From the IMG/VR virus record IMGVR_UViG_3300032216_001476, positions 1 through 64,000 of that record: a stretch of 64,000 bases of DNA. One strand, written 5' to 3'. The notes under the pieces were generated by a model, which saw only the letters and a program-made list of their open reading frames with translations, searched no databases and was not told where the DNA came from. The stretch's first letter is position 1. Every line of letters starts with the position of its first letter. Below are positions 10,876-20,768 of this stretch, piece by piece. Source of the DNA: a virus. Its lineage: Duplodnaviria > Caudoviricetes. The position numbers were made by a program, and so were the translations under genes.

Positions 10876-10906
10876 TTGTTTGGTTTTTTGGTTTTGTGAA
10901 CTTTGA

Positions 10907-11062
10907 ACCTGTTAGGAGTTGCAAACTCCCTAGATGATCAATCTAGTATGCATACAACAGGTGAGCCAGGGATACTATCCAGGGCGGGGGATTTATATAA
11001 AAGACTTGGACGAGTGAGGGTGTTTTATCCAACTATGTTGGTGACTGCTATCCTTTCCAAGT
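10907..11062 (-). ncRNA. Candidate structured RNA (four-way junction plus upstream stems)
   Basis: ACCTGTT/AACAGGT encloses three hairpins; upstream ACTTGGA/TCCAAGT stem; GC-richer intergenic DNA. Confidence 0.5.
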
Positions 11063-11076
11063 ACTGTTACTAATAA

Positions 11077-11121
11077 TTAGCAGCCTCTTTTGCCACCTTT
11101 TTTTCCACCTTTGATTTTCAT
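11077..11121 (-). CDS. 14-aa basic micropeptide MKIKGGKKGGKRGC
   Basis: Starts 2 nt after the stop of the upstream gene; manual translation. Confidence 0.45.
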   Translation of the reverse strand: MKIKGGKKGGKRGC

Positions 11122-11123
11122 AG

Positions 11124-11315
11124 TTAATTAGTTTTAGAACTATCTTGTGCTTTGTAACCTAATATTGCTGTAAAAGTAGCAATAAGAATAGAAATCCAAT
11201 CTGTATTACCTGCTTCAAGTTGTGTTTTAACAACCATTAATGCAGCAACTATAAGTCCAATAACTGTTGTAACAGGAGAAGGTCCTAAAAGCTTAGATAT
11301 AAGTGATTTAAACAT
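11124..11315 (-). CDS. Small two-TM membrane protein (holin-like)
   Basis: Two hydrophobic helices, C-terminal GYKAQD. Confidence 0.6.
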   Translation of the reverse strand: MFKSLISKLLGPSPVTTVIGLIVAALMVVKTQLEAGNTDWISILIATFTAILGYKAQDSSKTN

Positions 11316-11351
11316 ATTGTTTGTTTTTATATTTTATATAACATATCAACA

Positions 11352-11382
11352 AATCTTAGGGGATTATTAGTCCCCTAAGATT
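11352..11382 (-). terminator. Hairpin after MCP (terminator or mRNA stabiliser)
   Basis: AATCTTAGGGGA/TCCCCTAAGATT inverted repeat with a weak U tract. Confidence 0.6.
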
Positions 11383-11395
11383 GCGATACTATAAG

Positions 11396-13018
11396 TTAGA
11401 ATGATCCACCAGTGATAGGGTTCCTCATAACTATTTTCAACACTTTGGTTGGGTCTTTAACCCAGATTGCTGGCATAGTTTGAGTCATGTATACACGGTA
11501 ACCGTTGAAGTTTCCACTAGATTGGAAACCTTGAGTACGTCCCATGTAATCCATTGTACCATTTTGATAGAACCATTTCAATTGATTATCCCAAGACAAT
11601 TTCAACAAGAAGATGTTGTCATTGGTGTTCTCGGTGATATCAAAGATAATAAAGTTGTAAGAAGACAGAGGGAAACCATCTATAATAGGATTCTCTACGT
11701 CATTAGTATGTACATTATCAAATGCAGGATTGAGAACAAACTTAACGTTAGCCAAGAACGGGATAACATATTGAGTGTAAGCAAATCCAAAGTTAAGATC
11801 CATACCCTTACCAGAGATAGCTCCTACTTCTGATGCATTGATAACAAGACCACTATTAACTGCTTCTTTCTTAATTGCTTCGTTAACAAGTTTCATACCA
11901 CCAAGACCTGTTTGTACAACAAGTGAACGCTTGGGATCTGGACCTTGGAACTCCACTTTACCATTGAAGAAGTTGAAGATTTCAGACTTAAACAAATCCA
12001 AGTTGAAAGAAGTTTTGTTGTAGATACGCTTGAAAGAGTTATCAAGTTGTTTCCAAAGACCTACAGACAAACGAATATCATCTGGACCATCTTGTTTAAT
12101 CTTACCACCTTGTCCCCACATGAGATAGTTCTCAATGTCATTAGCAATCTTAGTAAGATGTGCTGCTTCAAGAGTGGTGAGGAAAGAACGACTAAGTTGT
12201 CCTGATTGGTAAGCTTTTTTAACATAATCAGTACCCATCTTTTGAGCCATAGTCTCAAGACTAGTAACTGAAGGGTCCATAGATTTATCAAAGTTTCTCC
12301 ACAGTTCAATAACAGGTACTGCACCATCTGCTTTCATACCACCTTTCATCATCAAATCAGCACGACTAGATATAGAATAGTGTACGTGAGCTTCTGCACC
12401 ACCTACGTAGTTGTAGAATTCACGGAAACCAGAAGAAACATTACCAATATCAGAGAAACGCTCACCATATTCACCACGAGCAGAACCTTTGCGGAAGTAC
12501 TTAGTACCAACACGAAGATAAAGGTTATTCAAGGTGGCAGCAGAGTTACTATTTACAATTTGTACAGTGTAAATAAAACCATCACCAGCAGGAATAATTT
12601 CATCCATAGGAGAGATGTACAATTCAACACCGTTGTATTTGTCATAAGTGATGATATCACCATGACCAAAAGAACGTTTGTTGAATTTGATTTTGAATTG
12701 AGTACCATCAATACCTTTGTTAGTGGTGGTGGTATCAATATCTTCAACAATGTAAGGCAGATCTTGTGTAATAGGAATTTGCCATTTGTACTCTCCACGA
12801 GCGTTGTCTACTGGTATGATGTTTTTACCACCAAAAGAAGACATTTGATAAAGAGGCATTTCTACCTTTTGTACCATAGCCCAAAGATCTACAGGACCCA
12901 AATCTGTGGGTTCTGCACTTTTCAGCAAGTTAGAAAGGTGATAAGAATCTACGTGAGAAGAAGTTTGATAAGTGGTATCACGTAGAAAAATACCATTATT
13001 TAAAACTGGTGTAGGCAT
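11396..13018 (-). CDS. Major capsid protein (crAss-like)
   Basis: 540 aa, distinct high-expression codon usage, YLMWGQGG and WVKDPTKVLKI motifs, follows portal and scaffold. Confidence 0.85.
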   Translation of the reverse strand: MPTPVLNNGIFLRDTTYQTSSHVDSYHLSNLLKSAEPTDLGPVDLWAMVQKVEMPLYQMSSFGGKNIIPVDNARGEYKWQIPITQDLPYIVEDIDTTTTNKGIDGTQFKIKFNKRSFGHGDIITYDKYNGVELYISPMDEIIPAGDGFIYTVQIVNSNSAATLNNLYLRVGTKYFRKGSARGEYGERFSDIGNVSSGFREFYNYVGGAEAHVHYSISSRADLMMKGGMKADGAVPVIELWRNFDKSMDPSVTSLETMAQKMGTDYVKKAYQSGQLSRSFLTTLEAAHLTKIANDIENYLMWGQGGKIKQDGPDDIRLSVGLWKQLDNSFKRIYNKTSFNLDLFKSEIFNFFNGKVEFQGPDPKRSLVVQTGLGGMKLVNEAIKKEAVNSGLVINASEVGAISGKGMDLNFGFAYTQYVIPFLANVKFVLNPAFDNVHTNDVENPIIDGFPLSSYNFIIFDITENTNDNIFLLKLSWDNQLKWFYQNGTMDYMGRTQGFQSSGNFNGYRVYMTQTMPAIWVKDPTKVLKIVMRNPITGGSF

Positions 13019-13065
13019 AAAGCTTTGAGTTTTTAAGGGTTAGAATTAAAATATAAATTGTTTAA

Positions 13066-14307
13066 TTATCGTTTAAATATATTAGTAGGTCTTGTAATCT
13101 TACGACTTCTTGGTTCTTCTTCTTCATAAGTAGAACTAATCTTTCGTGCTTGTTCAGTTTTTAGTTGTTTTACTGTTTGTTCTACTGCTTGATTTTTACC
13201 TTGTTTCATCAAACTTTGACGATATTCGTTTGGATTTGATAATAACCAAAGTGCTTCAGCAATCAATGAATAATCAGGTTCAACAAACTGATACTTTTCT
13301 AAAAGATGACCCAATTGATTTGTAGGACGACCACTTATTGAAGGATAAGCGTATTGTGTTAATCCTGAATACAATTGAGCTTGTGTTCTTTTATCAAGTT
13401 TTAAACCATTTATTTCTGCTGGTTTAAGAGCTTCAAACACATTTTGTATATAGTTTTCAGCTGCTTCTTGTTGTTGGAGTTGTAATGCTTCTTGTTTTTC
13501 AATTTTTGCTTGTACAATTTTCTCTTGCATATTGTCTAACAGTGGTTTATACTGTTTAGCTTTTTTACCAAGAGAATTTAGGTCTTTCCATGTTTCAATA
13601 TCTTCATCTATTGTTTCAGGTGGAAATCCCTTTGCTTGCATATATTGTCTAACAATGAATTCTTGATCATTAGGATCTTCTGCATCCATTTCTCTAACTT
13701 GTTCAACTTGTGCAAGAGCTTGAAACAATCCCTTTAAATCTTGACCACCATCTGCTACATATTTTGCAGCATATTGTAGTTCTTGAGGAAGTGATGAAAA
13801 AAACTCTTGAGGAGTTTTAGAAGCCACTTCATTTTTTAGATTATCTACATTTGCTTGCCAGAGTTCTTCAACATCTTTCTCTGTAAGACCAGCAAGATAA
13901 TCATCAAGAGATTGCTTTTTTTCATCGTAATCATCAAATGCAAACATCTCATTTGACTCAATACGTTTTTTTAAGAACTCCACTAAACCTGATTTTTCTG
14001 TTTTAGGTCTACCAGGTTTATTTAGAACATCTTCGTTGTCATCATCAATGTCATTGATAATTTCATTTAAAACTTGTGATGTTCCACGTGAAACATTTTG
14101 TTCTTCCTCTTCTTCATCATCTTGATCTAAAAAGTTTAAATCTGTTTTAGTAGATGAAAAAATATTAGGTTTGTTTTTACCATCATTGGTACTATCAGAA
14201 GTGGGTGTAATTAGATTATCAACTCCTGGTGCACCTGCAAATAGACTATCTAAATCTATATCTACTTGCTGTACTGATGTCTGTACATTGGTTTGATTAT
14301 CAGCCAT
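13066..14307 (-). CDS. Putative capsid scaffolding protein
   Basis: Acidic N-terminus, helical, between portal and MCP. Confidence 0.65.
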   Translation of the reverse strand: MADNQTNVQTSVQQVDIDLDSLFAGAPGVDNLITPTSDSTNDGKNKPNIFSSTKTDLNFLDQDDEEEEEQNVSRGTSQVLNEIINDIDDDNEDVLNKPGRPKTEKSGLVEFLKKRIESNEMFAFDDYDEKKQSLDDYLAGLTEKDVEELWQANVDNLKNEVASKTPQEFFSSLPQELQYAAKYVADGGQDLKGLFQALAQVEQVREMDAEDPNDQEFIVRQYMQAKGFPPETIDEDIETWKDLNSLGKKAKQYKPLLDNMQEKIVQAKIEKQEALQLQQQEAAENYIQNVFEALKPAEINGLKLDKRTQAQLYSGLTQYAYPSISGRPTNQLGHLLEKYQFVEPDYSLIAEALWLLSNPNEYRQSLMKQGKNQAVEQTVKQLKTEQARKISSTYEEEEPRSRKITRPTNIFKR

Positions 14308-14341
14308 AAATATGTGGTTTTTTAGTGTATCTCTTCATAAT

Positions 14342-14371
14342 TAATATACAACTTAAACTCTATAAATTTAA
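14342..14371 (-). promoter_or_regulatory. Putative late promoter with extended upstream element
   Basis: Minus strand TAAATTTATAGAGTTTAAGTTGTATATTA; similar extended element at 25246-25280. Confidence 0.55.
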
Positions 14372-14388
14372 AACAGCGTTTTAAAAGT

Positions 14389-14406
14389 GTGGATTATAGA
14401 GCTATA
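14389..14406. promoter_or_regulatory. 18-bp operator-like motif, copy 1
   Basis: GTGGATTATAGAGCTATA; 16/18 identical to copies at 26770 and 35804. Confidence 0.55.
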
Positions 14407-14407
14407 A

Positions 14408-17155
14408 CTATTTTTTATTTTTCTTAGAATTACCAACATCATACTTGTTTTTGTTCTCTTTTGCTATTTGCAGTTGTTTATCTGCAATTTCACGTTGAGT
14501 TTGTAGACGTTGTTGTTCTATATTGAGTTTCTTCTCACCTTGGTCTTTCTGAATCATGGTAGACTCACGCTTTAAATTCATTTGATCTTGATAACGTTGT
14601 TCTTCTCTTATATTAGCCATTGCGTCTATATAATCAGACTGTTGATTCTTATTTACATCACCAAGTGAACCATAACCTGCAGCTCTTATTTCAGCAACAA
14701 TAATTTCGTTTTGACGATTTTTATCTGCTTCTTCTGCTCTAAACTGCAAATCCATTTGTTTTTGTTTTTCTTGACTTGCAATCATCTCTTGTTGCAGTTG
14801 TTGTTGTTGCTGCATTTCAGCTTCTTTTTGTTCTTTTACTTTATTTTCAGCATACTTAAGAACACTAGTAAGTTCAGCAATAGACTCTGATTTAATTACA
14901 TTACCAAGATCATAAATAGAAGCACCTGTTGTATTGTTATTTAGAGCAAGTTGTTTAAGTTGCTCCATTACAGCACGTGAGTTAGTCTTAGTAGTACAGA
15001 ATATATTTAAATCTCTTAATAATAAATCTGTACCATTTATTTCAAAATTTACTTTTTCATCAGCTCCACTAACGTATTGTAATCTTACAGAAGGTTTCTT
15101 ACTATGATAGTATTGAGCTAAGTCTGTACGCATTTGGTGTACTCTTGGCATCAAGTTATCACTGTGTTGTATAAAATATTGTTCTGTTTGTGCATATGAT
15201 GCGTTCATAGCTTGTTCTACACCAGTGGCAGTTTGTTGAGCCACTGTAGCACCCATACGTTGTGGGTTTAAACCTACCACTTCAAACGCTTGATTCTTAA
15301 AATATGCTGCTAGGTTTATACGAGATAGAAGACGATTTGTTTGTTCTAAGTTCAACACTTGGTAATGTTGAAAGTTTAGAGCGTTCTCTGTGTTAGTAAT
15401 AGATGTATCTAAAGGTAGCATTTGGAAGTTCTTCATTGCTACATATGCTTTAGCTAAGTTGTTCTTACCCCAATCTTCACCAAGTGAATGTCTAGGTAGA
15501 GCATTTTGATCTAACATAATCACAGTACCTAGTTCATCCACTAGAATATCTGCAATTTGGTTATTAACTATATTATATCCAATCTGATAGGGTTTTTGTA
15601 AATCAACCAACGATACACTTCTAGTGTTTCTATCACTGAATACACAACCTTCTACAGGTAGTTTACAACCGTATAAAGAGTTATCTCCTTTAAACTGGAA
15701 AGGTATTTTACCAGGTTTACCACCATGTAATCCTAAATACATAGGGTTTATACCACCAGGGTTATTCATACCCCAAAACGCAGGACGATTAGGTCCTATC
15801 TTAACACCACCCCAAACTTCGTTAATCCAAATCCATTCTATATGTTCGCCAAATATTAAGTTGTCTTTAGTTTTGTCTTTGTATATACTTGTATCGTAAA
15901 AAGGTTTATCTGTCACCTTATAGTCTTCACTTATAATATCTTGTATGATTTCACCTTCTTCAGTTATTTTAGTAAGGTGACCCACTTTACGCTGTGATTT
16001 CCAATAGATTGTAGTGACCCTTAACATGTTTGATTTACCAAAATCTTGTAAGTCTTCACTATCTTGAAGTATCATTTGTACAACATCCCCAGTACCATAA
16101 TATGTATCATACATACTTGTAAACTGACGATATCCCAAACTTGGCATTTGTGTATTCCAATCATGTGATCTTGTAGGATCATAGTAGTTACCATCATTTT
16201 GATAACCTTGTACTGCATAACCTGCAGAACGTACAGGATATATTGCTTCAAGACTTTCTAGTTGGTCAATTGTCATCATCCAACCATACTTATCTATTAC
16301 ATCAGATACACTCATCATATCCATCTTACCCACCCAGTTACCTTGAGAGATGTATCTAGTATCAGGAGACTTGTGATAGAAAGTAAGTAATGGATTCCAA
16401 AGCTCCACTTCATAATCATCTTCGTTCATTTTAAAATGCCAAAACTCTCTATCTGCTATTAACATATCCCTAAAACCTCTTTCTTCAAGTTCTTGCATTT
16501 TAAATCTTTCTTCATCTACTGCCATTTGGTGAGTAGCCCATTGTTCTATCATACTACGATAGTCTTTGTTAAAGAAAGATTCTATTTCAGGTAGTTTCTT
16601 AAGAGCATCAACTTGTGTAGCTTGTTGTAATTCTTCACTATCCATTGCTACACCTTGTAGCATCATCTGCATTGCTATTTTTTGTTTAGCATCTTCCAAC
16701 AATACTTCTTCTACTAACCTACGTTTTTCTTCTAACATCTCGTTGTAAGAAATATCATCTACAGCACGAAACATTATTCTTGAAGAACGCTTACTAAATT
16801 CGTTACATAAAACATTAATAACATTAGGTATAATGGGATAAAACTTTAATTCAAATGCAGATAAATCTTCTTTAGTAAGTTTATCTATCAAATCAGCCAT
16901 CTCATTATCTTCCTCTGCTATATAATCTGTTTTGTCTATTATACCTTTTGCAAGTTTATAATTTTTAGAGAGTCTACGAGCGTTTCTTCTAAGTTGTTTC
17001 ATACCTTGAAACTCTAACCAGTCAAGGTTCCAAGCTCTCCACTCATCATCTTTTTCTTTCTCAGGTAGAAATTGGACGGGTTGGACCAATGTACCCATCT
17101 TATTATATTCGGTCTTTTTACCTGATTTAAGATCTAGAGCATTATATATTTGCAT
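14408..17155 (-). CDS. Portal protein (crAss-like)
   Basis: 915 aa, FYPIIPNVINVL and NEVWGGVKIG motifs, coiled-coil C-terminus, follows terminase. Confidence 0.85.
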   Translation of the reverse strand: MQIYNALDLKSGKKTEYNKMGTLVQPVQFLPEKEKDDEWRAWNLDWLEFQGMKQLRRNARRLSKNYKLAKGIIDKTDYIAEEDNEMADLIDKLTKEDLSAFELKFYPIIPNVINVLCNEFSKRSSRIMFRAVDDISYNEMLEEKRRLVEEVLLEDAKQKIAMQMMLQGVAMDSEELQQATQVDALKKLPEIESFFNKDYRSMIEQWATHQMAVDEERFKMQELEERGFRDMLIADREFWHFKMNEDDYEVELWNPLLTFYHKSPDTRYISQGNWVGKMDMMSVSDVIDKYGWMMTIDQLESLEAIYPVRSAGYAVQGYQNDGNYYDPTRSHDWNTQMPSLGYRQFTSMYDTYYGTGDVVQMILQDSEDLQDFGKSNMLRVTTIYWKSQRKVGHLTKITEEGEIIQDIISEDYKVTDKPFYDTSIYKDKTKDNLIFGEHIEWIWINEVWGGVKIGPNRPAFWGMNNPGGINPMYLGLHGGKPGKIPFQFKGDNSLYGCKLPVEGCVFSDRNTRSVSLVDLQKPYQIGYNIVNNQIADILVDELGTVIMLDQNALPRHSLGEDWGKNNLAKAYVAMKNFQMLPLDTSITNTENALNFQHYQVLNLEQTNRLLSRINLAAYFKNQAFEVVGLNPQRMGATVAQQTATGVEQAMNASYAQTEQYFIQHSDNLMPRVHQMRTDLAQYYHSKKPSVRLQYVSGADEKVNFEINGTDLLLRDLNIFCTTKTNSRAVMEQLKQLALNNNTTGASIYDLGNVIKSESIAELTSVLKYAENKVKEQKEAEMQQQQQLQQEMIASQEKQKQMDLQFRAEEADKNRQNEIIVAEIRAAGYGSLGDVNKNQQSDYIDAMANIREEQRYQDQMNLKRESTMIQKDQGEKKLNIEQQRLQTQREIADKQLQIAKENKNKYDVGNSKKNKK

Positions 17156-17160
17156 GATTA

Positions 17161-17445
17161 TTAATTATTTAAGTCTAAATCAGCTGTAAAAGTTCTAGCT
17201 GATCCAGTCAAAGTATTTGAAGTAGTAAATGTGATTGGATTACCATTGATGGTTCCATAAGGTTGAACAGGTACTGTCCATGGTTTTGTAGTTCCAGTTG
17301 ACCAACCTGGTGTTGAAATAACTGTTGACGCTACCTCTTCTTCTTTTAAAATAAGTAAAGCTTCCTCTAAAGTAAGAGAGCTTTCTTTTATTAAACGAGA
17401 TAGTATGGCTACTTTTTGAGCATGTAAGGTTACTTCTGCTTCCAT
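17161..17445 (-). CDS. Hypothetical protein
   Basis: Coupled to terminase stop; TLEEALLIL motif then low-complexity tail. Confidence 0.6.
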   Translation of the reverse strand: MEAEVTLHAQKVAILSRLIKESSLTLEEALLILKEEEVASTVISTPGWSTGTTKPWTVPVQPYGTINGNPITFTTSNTLTGSARTFTADLDLNN

Positions 17446-19649
17446 TATCTTATATTTTTAAAGGGATTTCTAGGGGGTTGCATAGAATTAGGACCTCTCT
17501 TAGAGCTACCCATATGCCTAAAGGGGCTATAATTTAATTTACTAAATTTTTGGGAGTTATCCAAGTTTTGTTCTGTAACTTCTACACGTTTAGACATTCC
17601 CCTGTTAGATTGTTGCACTTTTGCAAAAGCTACAAGTGCACAAAAAGATACGAGTCTATCCACGTTTACACCATCTTGGTAAGCTTGCATCTCTTTTAAA
17701 AGCATAGGATCTGGTATACGTTCTACACCATATATAGTTTTAACAATTTCACCATCAGGCTTTGTTTCATGATCTAGTTCTTCTTTTAAGAATTGTATAC
17801 CATAAGACAATATATTACCCTTAAACAACGTTCCTACGTTCTTCCACCCATATTCTTGAAACACATTTCTATTAGCACCAATATCTTTTAAGAACAAAAT
17901 CATGTCTTTAGGTACTAAATAACGTTGCTTCTTCTTAGATATCATATGTTGTATAAATAAAGCAACATTGTTCTCCACTATAGTCCAGGCGTTATACCAC
18001 TCTATGAGTAGTTCTAGACGTTCATGAGTTTTGTTTATATCATCAAACCTACCACACCAAGAAGCTACTATCTTATCTCTTTCTATGTGATTCTCCACCT
18101 TACCATTACCTTGATCTTTTATAACCTCAACAGGATTTTTATAAATATAAATAGCACATAGTGAATCTGAAGTAGTTGTTTTTCCTTCTCCAACAGGATC
18201 GACAGAACCATAATACATACCAAATGGTGGATCTTTTGCAGGTCTTTCATATATACACAACACTCCCTCTTTATCTTCTGTTTTTTTAGATATGGGAAAC
18301 TCCATTATAGGAATTTTCCTACTAGGTTTGTCTACAATTTTACCTTCTGCATTTCTAGATAGTTCTAAATACTCAACAGGATATTCTTTATCAGAAATAC
18401 GAGAGAGTTGTTTAGCAATTAAATGAGGAGGGAATACACTCACTTTTCTAGTAGCAAAAGCTTCTTCTATATTTCTAGGTTGCTGTGATACAGTGAGTTG
18501 ATAGGCATCAGGTGCCATATCTTTCTTCATACGTACAAACTCTATTTCTAGAGCTTCTAGTGCTTTTTGTACAAGAGAGTTACCATATTGATCTATATAT
18601 GGTGGCATACTCCATTGTTCAGGTATAAACAACCCTGTTATACCAGGAGTACCATCTGTATCTAAAAGATTAGTATTTACACCATAGAAACCATTTTCTT
18701 CTGGATGTAATATATACTCTTTCATAGGTTCACATTGGTCTAGGTCACCTACAGAACCTGCTGCTATAAATTGACCTGTAATAATATGACCTGATTTAAG
18801 TGCAGGTTTCATAAATCCATAGGTGTCATTCATCTTAGGTGCAATACCTGCTTCTTCATGGAAGAAATACGTAACAGGACCACCTACACCATTTGTAGGA
18901 TCTTTCTCAAATGAATATGAGTTAATAGTGGACTTGTTTCCTTTATAAGTGTCCCTATTGTTTATTCTCACTTTAATTTGTTGTTGCCAAGCACCCACTT
19001 TCTCTGGTTCTGCAGGACGATACCATGCAGTGTGTTCATTAAGAAAGTTCTTATACTCATTGAGAAACTTCCAAGAACCCTTTTCATTGATGTAGTCTTT
19101 AAGACTAGCACCTATTTTTAGTACAGAACCATTCTCAAACCAATACTGATTTATGAGTTTTGCCATATGAAAATAAGAACTAGCTATCTGACGTTTCTTA
19201 AGTATTATAGCATGTTTCCAATGAAGTTCTGCTAATATCTCATATAATGCCATATGATATTGAGCATCTCTCACCTTTGCAAAGTCAAATCTCTTTTCTT
19301 CTTTATCGTAAATAGGGAGAAAGTTCAACCACATATAGTAGTCTCTGGTTATATACCATTGCTTATCACCATTTTTTACTAATATACCTGCTCTACATTT
19401 TAACTTTTGATCATCCCAATAAGTAATAAAATCTTTAGTTTTTGTAGGAGCAGCACAATAATAACCCTGTTTTTGAAACTTTCTTCCTTCAGCATTAAAC
19501 ACTAAAGAGTTTTCATCAAACTCATATTCTCCAGGTTCTTTAAATAAGGGTAATAAAAAATCCCGAAACTCTTCACGAGTGTTAAAACTCGTGAGAGTCC
19601 AGGAAGAATTCTCATAAGTGGGTACGGTTATAAACGGGCTGCTATTCAT
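17445..19649 (-). CDS. terL: Terminase large subunit
   Basis: LKKRQIASS Walker A variant, FFHEEAG Walker B, RNase H-like GSVDP..GK...SDS, IVENN, NVDR. Confidence 0.92.
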   Translation of the reverse strand: MNSSPFITVPTYENSSWTLTSFNTREEFRDFLLPLFKEPGEYEFDENSLVFNAEGRKFQKQGYYCAAPTKTKDFITYWDDQKLKCRAGILVKNGDKQWYITRDYYMWLNFLPIYDKEEKRFDFAKVRDAQYHMALYEILAELHWKHAIILKKRQIASSYFHMAKLINQYWFENGSVLKIGASLKDYINEKGSWKFLNEYKNFLNEHTAWYRPAEPEKVGAWQQQIKVRINNRDTYKGNKSTINSYSFEKDPTNGVGGPVTYFFHEEAGIAPKMNDTYGFMKPALKSGHIITGQFIAAGSVGDLDQCEPMKEYILHPEENGFYGVNTNLLDTDGTPGITGLFIPEQWSMPPYIDQYGNSLVQKALEALEIEFVRMKKDMAPDAYQLTVSQQPRNIEEAFATRKVSVFPPHLIAKQLSRISDKEYPVEYLELSRNAEGKIVDKPSRKIPIMEFPISKKTEDKEGVLCIYERPAKDPPFGMYYGSVDPVGEGKTTTSDSLCAIYIYKNPVEVIKDQGNGKVENHIERDKIVASWCGRFDDINKTHERLELLIEWYNAWTIVENNVALFIQHMISKKKQRYLVPKDMILFLKDIGANRNVFQEYGWKNVGTLFKGNILSYGIQFLKEELDHETKPDGEIVKTIYGVERIPDPMLLKEMQAYQDGVNVDRLVSFCALVAFAKVQQSNRGMSKRVEVTEQNLDNSQKFSKLNYSPFRHMGSSKRGPNSMQPPRNPFKNIR

Positions 19650-20055
19650 TTCCTAGTAGGTATTCTATTTTCTCTGGGTCACCATTTGTTTTTTGGATAA
19701 TCTCTACAAGAACACTTACTCGTGGACTTTTAAATACTCCTTGAATTTGGTTATCACTCCAATACTGTAGATACTTATCTCTAGGAATAGCATTCCAAAG
19801 AGTAGTGTGAGGGTTATAGTGAAAAACCCAATTGTGCAAATGATTTTCACTACCAACTTTGTAAACAGGTTCACTATCCTGATAAGTTTCATTTGTCATA
19901 TTATTTTTTTTATTTGATTTGTATGGACAATGTCTACAGTTATTACGACAACATCTACCTTTTTCCAAGTGGTATTGTTCTGTAAAAACCCACATACCAT
20001 TCTCTATATAATAATGTACATTCTCTATAAGTTTTAACGATTTCCTTTTATCCAT
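19642..20055 (-). CDS. DUF5522-like Cys-rich domain fused to a second small domain
   Basis: YYIENG.WVFTEQYHL.KG.CC.NNCRHCPY; internal Met with A-rich leader. Confidence 0.65.
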   Translation of the reverse strand: MDKRKSLKLIENVHYYIENGMWVFTEQYHLEKGRCCRNNCRHCPYKSNKKNNMTNETYQDSEPVYKVGSENHLHNWVFHYNPHTTLWNAIPRDKYLQYWSDNQIQGVFKSPRVSVLVEIIQKTNGDPEKIEYLLGNE

Positions 20056-20111
20056 TGATAAATAGAATTAATTATATTTTGTACAAGATTATCGTGAGAC
20101 ATTTTTTAAAA

Positions 20112-20627
20112 TTAGTAAGGTCCATCTACAATTTGGTGATTTTTTTCAAACTCGTCCCATATAGCTTTGATATTACCATCTGCTTTTAAAACACTATCAT
20201 ATTTGGTTTTTGTAACCCATTTATCGTTGTTGTTTTTAATACCTACAGCATCAGATATAGCAAAATGAATACAAAATCCAACTAGTAATAAGTTTACAGC
20301 ACCTTGTAAAATTGCATTCTCTTCGTACCATTTTGGTATATAGTTTAAATGCAGAAACAAACCTATCATTAAAAACACAAAGATTGTTCCTAAACAAATA
20401 GACAAACCTATTTTGCTTTTATGGTCTTTTCTCCTAGTAGCGATATCTAGTGATTGACCAAACGTAGGAGCAATAGAATAATTCACAACATCTTCTTGTA
20501 CACGGGTACCATTTTTTAGTACCCAGTCACCTTTAACTGTTTCTTGTTTATGTATAATGTTGTCTGGTGCTTTAGAACAACTTAATACAAGGATGAAAAA
20601 CATCCATAACATAATTACCTTTTTCAT
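20112..20627 (-). CDS. Membrane lipoprotein
   Basis: Signal peptide ending LVLSC plus two TM helices. Confidence 0.6.
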   Translation of the reverse strand: MKKVIMLWMFFILVLSCSKAPDNIIHKQETVKGDWVLKNGTRVQEDVVNYSIAPTFGQSLDIATRRKDHKSKIGLSICLGTIFVFLMIGLFLHLNYIPKWYEENAILQGAVNLLLVGFCIHFAISDAVGIKNNNDKWVTKTKYDSVLKADGNIKAIWDEFEKNHQIVDGPY

Positions 20628-20657
20628 TTTTTTTTGGTTTTTAAATTAAAAAATTAG

Positions 20658-20761
20658 CTGTAAGGAGAGGACTCGAACCTCTAAACTCTCCGTGGTTCAA
20701 AAACCGCTAAGAGAGCACCACTGAGACAAAGTAGCGTGTTTGCCAGTTTCACCACCTTACA
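20658..20761 (-). tRNA. Atypical tRNA, anticodon GUC (Asp), 35-nt variable arm
   Basis: TGTAAGG/CCTTACA acceptor stem, Leu/Ser-type D arm, CTACT-TTGTCTC-AGTGG anticodon arm, AGAGG-TTCGAGT-CCTCT T arm. Confidence 0.75.
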
Positions 20762-20768
20762 GTTTTGT

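Noticed and set aside
10907-10962. Functional tRNA-Ile(GAU)
   Set aside because: No proper D arm, 4-bp T-like stem without TTC, C37 and no variable loop; kept only as a structured element
1757-16748. Plus-strand ORFs such as 2509-3078, 11480-11833, 12380-12985 and 15624-15899
   Set aside because: Antisense shadows of long minus-strand structural genes with no recognisable motifs
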